Below are positions 25,759 through 36,693 of a DNA stretch of 64,000 nucleotides, in pieces (the first letter of the stretch is position 1; each line of letters starts with the position of its first letter). The stretch is from Bugula neritina (lineage: Eukaryota > Animalia > Bryozoa): assembly GCA_964035545.1 (NCBI GenBank), contig OZ037770.1, positions 12,390,642 to 12,454,641 of the forward strand. Reading direction: 5' to 3'. Made by a program: the position numbers and the translations under genes. The notes under the pieces were generated by a model. That model saw only the letters and a program-made list of their open reading frames with translations. It was not told the origin of the DNA and did no database searches.

Positions 25759-26995
25759 ATGGATGTATCAAATGAGAGTAGAATGGTTAATGAAGAGCAA
25801 AATGACAGAGATCCTTTTCTACCTCTGGGAGAAAGTCTAATTGAAGAGCTGCCAAGTGGGGAAGATGGTCACAGCAGATGGCTAAGATGGGCCATGCAGT
25901 CTCCTTATGTAATCAATGTCTACGATAATGGAGAAACTGAGTGGATCTTTCCAGATAACGAAGAAAATACCAGAAATGCAGAAAATATAAAAAACACAGA
26001 TATTAGAGTTGGTGAAGAGAATAGAGAAAATCTTTCAACTGTTAACAGTTCAAGTCCACTTCTTGGAAGTGATCAGGAAAGTTTAGAGGTACATTATTTT
26101 GCAGTTGCTACAACAATAAAATAGGAATCTTCTATATGTTCATGTAGCTATAATAGAATCAAATATTTACTTCATATAATATACTCACACAAGTTTACAG
26201 TCACTATCCCTGTGTAGAACCCTTGATAAAAAAGGTTTTTTAAAGCGAGCTAAAGACTTATATGAGGCACATGCAGAGCAATTGTGACTGGATGTTTTGC
26301 CTATAAAATCACCAATTAATGACCTTTACTGAAATTTGAACTGTGATGTATGTATACCTTATGTAAACCAACCTTCCACACTATACATTATAATTGTCAT
26401 GGAAAAGATTCAATTTGTTTCAGTTTAATTGACTTCACTAAGACTTTAACTTTTTATCGCAGGTGTACTAAGCTATAGTTCATTATAGACAATGATTGCT
26501 CCCCAATTATTACTTTACAATTATTACTTTCATACATTTTCATCATTTTAATTAGTATTTCTGTCAGACAAATTGCTAGCTGCAAGAGAATATATACAAA
26601 ATGCTTGTATATATGTAAGTGTGTATAGTAAGTATGAAATGAAAATTAAAATTGTTGAAAAACTATAACAAATAAGTTATTTCTCATCTCTGGCAGTTTT
26701 AAGAGCTGATCTTGCAATTTGTATACTATTGCACAATTTCAGCATGTTTTGCTGCTTGTTTTTTAAATGAATTATTTTTACACAAAAAGATGGCTATATA
26801 TTATTGTAGCTAAAAATCTACTTCTCTTTTATAAAGGAGGTGGGGAGATACAGACCATGCCAATGTTCTTCTTCTAACAGACTTCAAGGATCAGCAGTGT
26901 GTGCCTTTGTGTGCTGCGTGTTACTTTTCACTATTGTCTGTGCTGCTGTTTTTGTTTTGAACTATGAACTCCACCTATTACCAAAGCTTGAATAA
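25759..26995 (+). CDS. Orphan acidic tail-anchored protein TA4 (162 aa)
   Basis: Exons 25759-26088 (acidic) and 26837-26995 (EVGRYRPCQCSSSNRLQGSAVCAFVCCVLLFTIVCAAVFVLNYELHLLPKLE*). Terminal coding exon is 159 nt, as in TA1 and TA2, with SAVxAF at the start of the TM segment. Confidence 0.7.
26183..26370 (-). mobile_element. Decayed SINE copy in TA4 intron
   Basis: Reverse complement of SINE body: aagtttacagtcactatccctgtg...gaggcac...gagcaattgtgactggatg. Confidence 0.7.
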
Positions 26996-27497
26996 TTAAT
27001 TTTGCTTTCAAGGCAAAAGTGTTGTTTGCAAAATAATACTGTTTGTTTACAGAAGCATTTATGCAGCGTTTTCAATTTTTCAAGAAATGTCAAATTTATC
27101 AAAAATTAATTAGCAATAAAATTTATTGGTCACAAAATGAGAACTTCCTGAAATATGTTATTAGTATCAATTGTTATAATTTTTTAATTCACCAAAAATA
27201 AAAGATTGATAACAAAATTGTGTCTCAAAACACCTGACCATGTATAAGCATGCACTTCTTTTAGCTAAAGCTTTTTCATTTGAACAAGATAGAACTCATA
27301 ATCTGAAGAGGTAGATAAAAAAAGCAATAATATAAATTAAATTGAAAGGGTATAACTGTTATACAAAGTACAAAAAACAAAGTGCCGTTTGCTTAATTTG
27401 TGATATCACTGAATATATATATGCATCTATAAAGACCATTGTAATTTATAATTGCACTTTATACTATTATATAATGCTTTTTGGTATAAGATTTCAT

Positions 27498-27719
<222 letters not shown>

Positions 27720-27780
27720 GTAATGCTTTAGTAAAACTATAAGTTTTACTATTGCGAAGGTGTGGGCCATGGTACTCTGT

Positions 27781-27827
27781 TCTGTGCTGATGAGGGGACA
27801 AATCCCGAAACAGCTGCTGTCCACAGA
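27781..27827 (+). ncRNA. Type I hammerhead ribozyme within a ~160-bp insertion (probable Penelope-like element / retrozyme relic)
   Basis: TCTGTG-CTGATGA-GGGG ACAAA TCCC-GAA-ACAG CTG CTGT-C-CACAGA. Complete core CUGAUGA/GAAA, stem I UCUGUG/CACAGA, stem II GGGG/UCCC, stem III ACAG/CUGU, GUC triplet with predicted cleavage after 27821. Confidence 0.88.
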
Positions 27828-29920
27828 TTGAGATATATATAATTATATATAGATTCATTCATTTTGATTAATTTGCTTTACTCAGATATTTAACCACTTC
27901 ATTTTAGGTTGATGTTGCTTGGTTAATTTCCTATCTCAAAATGAAGTGATTGCAATCAATACGGCTTCTTTCAAATTAAAAACACATTTTAAAAGAAATA
28001 AAATATACATCCTTTGTAATAGTTCATTTGGCGTTTCTAGGATAAGTATATTGCAATAAAACAGTCAATAAATTATAAACACATATAAAGGTGAGTTAAC
28101 TATATTTTGATTGTAAACTTCATCATTTGGCTGTTGGAGGTATTGAAATAATGTTCAGAAAATTCATGACATGCAAATTTAGTAAGTGATTTTTATTATT
28201 ATAACTATATATAAATCAGTAAAGAGCATAAAATAAAGTGAATATATTATAAAACCTAGCTATAATACCATGCGTTTTTGTCACTTAAGTATTTTATATG
28301 TATATATTTAATGTCCCTCGGTTACTGAGGTTGTTGTATATAATTATGTTATAGTAAGCTGTGTGCCTATAACACTAAACATGTTTAGAAAATACAAACA
28401 GTCAACAATAAAGACTAAACAGAAAATTAAAAAATTAAGTACTATAGTATAGTTATAGTATAGTGCATATATATTGTTCTACTACAGTTTGTGACATCTT
28501 ATTGATATTTGTGCCTGTGCAGCTGTGATACTATATAAAGCATCATAATATTCTTGTGTAAATAATTTTAGCTACATTAAAAAAGTTATAAATCAAAGAG
28601 AATATAGAGAGATTTTAGACTGTGTGCAAAGCTCCTGAACTTTTCTGTTTAATGCTGTTCCCTGTTCATCTTCTGCCAAATTATAACAATTCTGCATTGA
28701 TAACATTGATTGAATGTTTTCTTTCATATAATTTTAGTTCTGTTGGTACAGCTTGCAGCTCTGGCTGTGTTTGGTTACCAGACTGTCCTTTACAAGAGCT
28801 ATGCCATGCCAGAATCTCTATCCAACATTTCACAACATGACTCTCTGGGACAGCCATTTCTACTCTTTACTGTGGCTTTGATTGTATGAGAAGAGAAGAA
28901 TGCAATGGATTTACATATGATTGGCTAACCAAGAAGTGCTCTGTTAAAACATGTGTTAACCCTAATCTGTATCCTGAAGGAAGGGGAGATGATTCTGATT
29001 TCTACATCAGAGCAGATGTGGGCGAAAGTTTCAGTAAATTACTTGCTGGAAGTGAGCATAATTTACTTACAATAACTTTTTAAATTTATTTTGAAAAGAT
29101 TTTATTTACAAAAATCATTGGTATAAAAGTTTTCATTAATTGCCAAGTTCAGCAATAATCGAACAATTGCTTTTCAAAATTATAATTAAAATTGCTATAA
29201 ATTGCAGCAGAGACGCAACAACAACTATAGTTTTTTCTAATTTCTATCACAACCACAATTATTTATGCTGTAATTCAATGTCAGATTGCCTTAATGATTC
29301 CTTTTTTCAACTTTGCAGATAAGTCAGCAAAGCTTTCTTCTGTTCTTCTTGACCCTATAGAAGGTGCAATACTGTTTGAAGCGGAGAAGGCCGTTGATGG
29401 AATCTATGAACTACCAGAAGAGCGTTTGTCAATGGCGCACAGTGAGTTAGAGAATAGACCATGGTGGAGAGTAGACCTGGGAGGTGTACACTGTGTCTGG
29501 GCTGTTAATATTCTGAACAGATTTGGTAGTAAGTATAAACTTGTCTTGGAAACAAAAATTTTTTTTTTTAATTTTCATTTCTGACATCTGCTTTATATAA
29601 GTACATATAAATAGGTAATTCCCATTATACTCCGCGATAGTAACATAGCTCTCGTTTAGATATTACTCCATTAAGTTGATTTTGTCAAAGTTTTTAACAC
29701 AGTAAACAGTTATAATTCAGACAAACTTTTCAGTGTATAGCATTAGAGATTGTGATCAACTGAATCATATAATATACCACAATTAAGCATGAAGTACGCT
29801 ATTTTATTGATTTAAATTGTTTGAATTCTCTGGAAATTAAATGTTTAACCAAGTCAGTCTGCCTCAGTTGACGATTCTTCTTGCAATTGTAAATTTGCAC
29901 AGTTAGAGTTTTGTGTCAAC

Positions 29921-30122
29921 TGTGGTGTACATAATGGTTAGAGCACTGGTCTAGTAAAAAGCACAGGGTCACTGCAGTAAAATTCAAACACCAAAATGGT
30001 GATGTTAGAAAGAGCATCCAGTCAGAATTGTTCTTGTGCTACATTTAAATACAGCTCTTGAAATGTTTTTTTTTTCAGGGACTCTCACATGTGTATAGCT
30101 CCTGTAAACTTGCATGCGCGAG
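29921..30122 (+). mobile_element. Old SINE copy in L2 intron 3 (orthologous copy in L4 at ~42407-42602)
   Basis: gatgttagaaagagcatccagtca...aaacttgcatgcgcgag matches the SINE body. Confidence 0.65.
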
Positions 30123-30426
30123 TTCTTTTAAGTTCTGGTATATTGTTCCAATTCAGCTACTTTGAGCTGTCTATTGCTATACTGATGCTCCAACAACAGC
30201 TATAATATATTGAAATTGAGTAATAGTTAGTCAGTAAATGTAATGAAAAAGTGTTTTATATTTCATCTTCCTCACAATGCACCATCATTTGATGCAGCTT
30301 CCCATTCAACAATGCAGTCGTGCCTTGTTAGCGTGTAATTAGATCTTTATGAGGGCTAATGTTGAGTTAAATTTGGTTAAGTTTAAATTTGTTTATGCTT
30401 ATTTTCATTGCCCAAATAGAAAAAAA

Positions 30427-30619
30427 CTCACGCAAGTTTAGAGTCGCTATCCCTGTGAGAAACCCCTGACAAAAAGAATTTTTGTTAGAAAAACCTAAGG
30501 ACTTATTTGAATGAGGCACAGGAGCAATTATGAATGGTTGCTTTTCCTAACATCACCAATGGCCTTTGTCTGGACGTTTATTAGGCAAATGCTCTAACCC
30601 CTAGACCACAGCTGCTTCC
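30427..30619 (-). mobile_element. tRNA-derived SINE inserted in L2 intron 3 after the L2/L4 duplication
   Basis: Reverse complement of the SINE; TSD ttattttcattgc on both sides; empty site at ~42855-42880 in L4. Confidence 0.85.
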
Positions 30620-31133
30620 TTATTTTCATTGCAAAAATGTAGCTTACATAACCGGAATTTTGAGCACTTTATCTTGTTTATGTTAGTCATATAAATAAAA
30701 GTGCATGCCTATAGAAATTATAGGTCTTGCAGATTTTTTATGTGCAATAATTTGTAGTGGTTTCAAGTGTATTTATAAGACAATCTTTGCATTACAAATG
30801 TTTGTAGCAAATAAATGAAAAAATGTATTTCTATAAAAGAAAGCTTAGTATATGAAATTTTTCTTTTGCAAGGATTTAAACACAGTAAGAGATCAATCAA
30901 CACAGAAGTGACAGTTGCTATGGTAGAGGAAGATATAGAGTTTACTGGATCTAACAGAGAAGTTCTGTGTAAATATGTTGATGGTTATCTCAACAGATAC
31001 TACACTCTGATTACATGTGATCAACCAATCAGTGGCCGATTTGTCCAGATTCTGTTCAATGCTACAACTTGGTTAAATCTCTGCGAAATAGAGGTTCATG
31101 GATATTAGGAGCTTTTGGGGTGGTCACTGCATG

Positions 31134-31135
<2 letters not shown>

Positions 31136-31224
<89 letters not shown>
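31136..31224. repeat. (TA)n microsatellite in L2 3' UTR (only ~4 units at the paralogous L4 site, 43343)
   Basis: Directly visible. Confidence 0.95.
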
Positions 31225-31228
<4 letters not shown>

Positions 31229-32789
31229 AGAATTATTAGTCTACTGTGCTTGATTGTGTATATGTATGCAGCCCATTTATTAATTAAACAAACGCAAGTC
31301 TTTCTAACACCCATACTAAGGACTTTCAACGATTTTCTGGTTTCAGCTGCATGCTGAATAAAATAACTATAACTTATAAAGCTATTCATTGTACGTTATG
31401 AGTTGTGTGTAGTCAATATTATATGCTGGCTGTTGTTTAACAGGTATGTTTTTTGGTGCACAAATTTTTACCTGACTAAAGTTAGGTATAATACTATTAT
31501 ACATTATATATTAGATAATAAATGTTCTCTTTCACCTGCTGCAAGTGCTTTTTATTAGCATAATATGCATGTTTCATATGCATCAAACAGTTCAATTACC
31601 GTCATTATATTTCCTCGTAATTTTATTCAACTATTGAAACACCTTAATTATATGCTTCATAAAAGGGCTATACAATATTCAATCTCAGTATTATCTCAAT
31701 TCTTTATTGAGTAGTCAAGCAAAAATTTACAAATATGTTTGGTAAAATGCAAAAATTAGTTTATAAAGTATTGTACGTGTTAAACCTGATTGTTGAGCGC
31801 ATAAATTTTAACAAATTTTAAAACCAACCATAGTATACATTATAAATGTATTTTGCATTGTAAAACTGTGTTGTTTTACAAATCTTGAGCTTATACCAAC
31901 TATGATTATTGGATGATCCCAGGTTCAGTGAGCTTCGGTTGGGTTAAAAAATCATTCAATGAAGTAAGCTGCAAATAAGGATGCTTGCACTTATCATGAT
32001 AATTATTGTTGAAAACTAATATGTTCCTAGAATAGACGCTTTATACTCTGCTGACAACAGCTCTTATTATATTGTAGTTTAATAGAAATGCAAAACTGTA
32101 CATTATATGATGTACTAATCAGTGCATGCCATTATATTTGAAAAAATAAATGAAACATTTTTTGCCGCATAAGCTTTATTGCAATACTACAGATTTAAAA
32201 AGAAGGCAATATTTTCTATGAAAAGACAGGAGCAAACTGGATCAATGAAATCTTCCAAACAGATAAATCATCTTTTATCTATATTATACAATACTAGCTG
32301 TTTGGCATCCCGCCAAGTTATCAACAACTGATTATACTCCTCCAACTAAAATGACACTTATGACTTTTCACAAACTTGAATATTCACTTTGCTAGTTGAA
32401 AAGTAAAGGATTCAAGCTTTTACAACATAAAATACAATTATGAATTAAAAATCAATACATTTGAAAGTATCTTGTAATTGTGTAACAAAAAATCAGCAAA
32501 TACTTGCAGTTTAGAATCATAAGACCTTTGCTAAAGAATACATGTGGTTAATAAAATGTATTCAAGTCAATTTACTTTTTATGGTTTCAGTAATAAATAA
32601 CAAGTATATAGCTTCACTCTAACTGACTAAATTTATACCGATGGTTTTCGACATGAGGCCAACGATTACTTATTTTTCTGAATTTGAAAAAAACGCACTA
32701 ATACATGCAGTATAGCACTTGAAATTTTACAATAACATGCAAAGTAAATGAAACTGTTCAATTAGCAACAAAATTAGGTTTTGTTGCAG

Positions 32790-35760
32790 CTAATAACCAT
32801 GTACTTCAACCTCATAAAGATTTAATTCTGTCTCAGCATTAAACAGAATCTGGAAAAAGCGGCCACTGATTGGTTGATCACATGTAACCAGAGTGTAGTA
32901 TTGGTTGAGATAACCATCAACATATTTACACAGAACTTCTCTGTTAGATCCAGTAAACTCAATATCTTCCTCTACCATAGCAACTGTTACTTCGGTGTTG
33001 ATTGATCTCTGAACATATTCTACTCCTATAAGGAAACATATACATTAGCTTCTATTATTGATTTATAATTTAGCGCCGACCATGACAAAACAGGCATTAT
33101 TACCTGGAACACAAATATGTCACAATACTAGTGCTAGAATCACTATATAGTAAATTATTACAAAATAAATTATTTTTTACCAGTCGGACAGTGTGACTTA
33201 CTGGTATATCTATTCAGAATGTTGACAGCCCAGACACAGTGTACATCTCCCAGGTCTACTCTCCACCAAGGTCTAATCTCTCTTTGACTGTTTGCCATTG
33301 ATGCAAAGCCATCTGCTGATTGATAGATTCCATCAACAGCCATAGCTGCTTCATAGGAGTGAACTCCATGCCAATTATTATAAACAGAGGACATTTTTGC
33401 TGGTTTATCTAGAAAAATAAAGAAAAGCATAAACCAGTCAAAAGTACCTTTTCTGATTCTAGTTTTATATTATAGATATTATAGAATCAGGGAGCAGCCT
33501 CTGTTTATACTGGTTAGAGCTCGAACCTAGTAAACTCCAGGGTAAGGGGTTGGAGTTCAACCACAAGTCAGTGGCTCAGTCTAATGCCTGTGGCAACATT
33601 AGGAAGGTCATCTAGTCATAATTGCTCTAGTGCTGTTTTAGAACCATGCAAGTCCTTAGCCCAATTTAAAAGACCCTTACCATCATCCCATAGGAATGAT
33701 GACTATAAAAACTCAAAAGAGCAATAATAATAGGACTTAGTATTTTGTAAGTTCTTGTGATTGTTGATTTTGACAAACACTCATTTAAGTTTTTCTATAC
33801 TAGAGAATGCAATTATATAGACTTCACTGAAACCATACCTAAAAACTCAAGTTCAAGTAAAATATAGGTAAATAATACACTAACCTCTTGCCAGGAATTT
33901 ACTGAATCTTTCTCCAACATCTGCTCTGATGTAGAAATCAGAATCATCTCCCTGTCCTTCAGGATACAGATTAGGGTTAACACATGTATTAACAGAGCAC
34001 TTCTTGGTTAGCCAATCATATGTGAATCCATTGCATTCTTCTCTTTTCATACAATCAAAGCCACAGTAGCTGGTAGAGATGGCTGTCCCAGAGTCATGTT
34101 GTGAAATGTTGGAGAGAGATTCTGGCATGACATAACTCTTGTAGAGGACAGTCTGGTAACCAAATACAGCCAGAGCTGTAAGCTGTACCAACAGCACTGC
34201 AAAAAAAGTACACAAAGCATAAAACAATTGTTATTGTTATAATAACTATTTATAACACTTGTATTGTTGATATATACTATCCGTTGCAAGCATAGTTTAT
34301 AATGGTCTAGACAACAGAGCACAATAGAACGGGCTTTAATGTTATATTTGCATGAAAATATTTACTTTTAAACTAATTAATTGTTTATACCAACCTGGTC
34401 ACTAATACAGTGAATACATTGGTTTTTTTATTCTAAATTATAATTACTTATAAAGTTGCAAGGACCACATATATTGCTGAGCATTGATTGGTGGTCACAA
34501 ATTCTTTAATATGCCTGCTATTTCTCTGCTATGTTTAGTTTTGGTTTTTTAAGAGTTATACGAGTCTGATCTTTAACATTCAATATAATAATAAGGTTGT
34601 TTTGCTTCTTTCATATACACACATACGTTCATTACTTAACAAAGCAACTAATATTGAACAAAGATACCTTGTCTACTCACAACAAAGCTGCAGCAAAGTG
34701 CATTAAATATTCTTACCTGAAAAATATGCAAAATGCTGTGAAATTAAATTGTGAATTCATTAAAATAAATATACGCATTATGCAAAGTTTCTTGAAATAA
34801 ATTTGGGAGCTTATCTTCATTTAGATATTTTCTTACACATGTTGTTAAGTGAAACATAAGCGGAGTTACATATATATAATACAAGAATATTCCTGCAGAT
34901 AGAGATGGTAGCATATTGTAAAGGTTTTAGTCTGCAGTATGTAGATTTTTCACTTTTTTTGTTGTAAATAATTTTTTCAGGCATCATATATGTGTAAATT
35001 CAACTTAGCAAGTGTCATAAATTTGTTGATATTTTTGAAGCTGACTATATGGTACTTTCAACTTTTTAGCAATTTTATTTCTATGACATTTACATAATTC
35101 TTAGTTTTGTAATGTATTTCATTTAATGAGTGGAGTGTATATGTTAAACTGCAAAACAATTATTAATAAAATGTTTGATTTAATTCTTATGTCTTTGCTG
35201 AGAAGATAAGTATAATAACGTTCTATTTGAAGTTTTAAAAGAAGAATTAAGTACATCATCTGCCCATTTAAAAACTGTTACAACAAAAAGTGCAATTAAT
35301 TCGTTATTGTTTTAAACCTATTGCAATGACAACTATTACTTTTTTCAGCTGTAATTTGGTTTTAGAAACTGCAGGAAATATGTCATCAATATAAAATAAT
35401 TTACTTGTACAATATTCAGTTACAATTTTTTAAAACTATATAAAAACATTAGCTAATATATGACTATACAAAAAAAAGACAAATTCTGTTTAACTTAATA
35501 ATAGCTTAATTGATACTGAGATCATTTTTGATAATATGCTATTAATAATATATTAGAATATCAAAGTATAATGTATTAAAACAAGATATTATAATATATA
35601 GATATAATTTATAAATGGTCCGCTATCCGCACTGGACAGAGTGGAAATAGGTGAGGTGAGGATGTAGTATATATTGTAAAATAATTTTGTTTAGGTTACA
35701 TGAAAATGTTTATCAAAATCTTGACTTACGAAATCCGAATGTCAATGATTTGCCAGTCAT
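32790..35760 (-). CDS. PAN/apple + F-type lectin gene copy L3, apparently intact (~261 aa)
   Basis: Exons 35730-35760 (MTGKSLTFGF), 33885-34196, 33202-33408, 32790-33025; all phase-1 GT-AG. PAN pattern CxxxC...ECNGFTYD...C; FTLD motifs AVDG, PWWRVDLG, ILNR, GRF(V/F)QI, LxEVEV. Confidence 0.88.
33490..33715 (+). mobile_element. Old SINE copy in L3 intron 2 (orthologous copies in L5 ~45995 and L6 ~52100)
   Basis: gggagcagcc...ggttagagc...ttaggaaggtcatctagtcataattgct...gtccttagccc. Confidence 0.7.
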
Positions 35761-36651
35761 TTCTTCAGTTTTTCTATTACAAAGTAACTTTATAGCGGAG
35801 AGAATGTTGTTTATAGCTAAACCAGATGTTACATAGCTGACCAACACTCTATTTGCATCCTAATATCTAGAGTCTTTTATTGCAGGTATAATGAGTTTAG
35901 AAGTATTGAATAAAGTGGCACAATGTTACTTCATTTCTTTTGAAATATGTCAATAGTTTGAAACTATTCATAGTGATTGCAACCATCCAATTTCGAAATA
36001 TGAAATTAAGCAAGCAACATTAAAGAAAATAAAACTGTTATACATTTTAATAAATGCAAACCAATCAACACACCCGTTTGATAAACATCTTTGATCTAGT
36101 ATAATAAACTTTACAATTTAAAATGAGAAAAGAAACATATCTGCAACTAAGTTGTTGTATTGTTGCGATTACCCAGCGTCTCTATATGGTGTAATGGCTC
36201 GCTTGCCTGCTTGCAAGCCAAAAGTTTCAGGTGCAAATCCTGCAGTAGAAACAAAAGTTTTATAGTGGTGTTTGATCTCTGGTTTTAAGTTATTTATATA
36301 AATGCATTATAGTTGTATTTACACTGCATGCTACTTTACTTATTTAATCGCAATAGTGAATCCAACAAGTAATTAAAAGCATATTACCCGGAAAATCATT
36401 TTGACTGGGTTACATTAAAATTGGCAAAGAAGAAATAATAATAGTGTATATAGCTACAATACTAAAGAAGTACTAGTTATACTAATAATATTATATTTAT
36501 AGTTATAATATGCTGTTCCCTTAATTTGTGATAACACTGAATATAAGTATGTACGTATAAGGATCATTGTACATTATAATTGCACTTTATGCTACTACAT
36601 AATATTCTTTGGTATATTAAGATTTCATTTATATATACATACATACATACA

Positions 36652-36687
<36 letters not shown>

Positions 36688-36693
36688 TATACA

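Larger units (their letters stand above)
28151..31108 (+). pseudogene. PAN/apple + F-type lectin gene copy L2, with a +2 frameshift in the PAN exon
   Basis: Exons 28151-28181 (MFRKFMTCKF), 28738-29051 (314 nt vs 312; gactctCTggga at ~28841-28846), 29319-29528, 30873-31108; non-coding exon donor at 28091. Confidence 0.8.

Noticed and set aside
34712-34761. Alternative first coding exon for L3
   Set aside because: Wrong phase; the 31-nt exon at 35730-35760 matches the family pattern in length and phase
36178-36250. tRNA-like sequence (tggtgtaatgg ... ggtgcaaatcc)
   Set aside because: Acceptor stem does not pair and box B is degenerate; probably a decayed SINE head, not a tRNA gene
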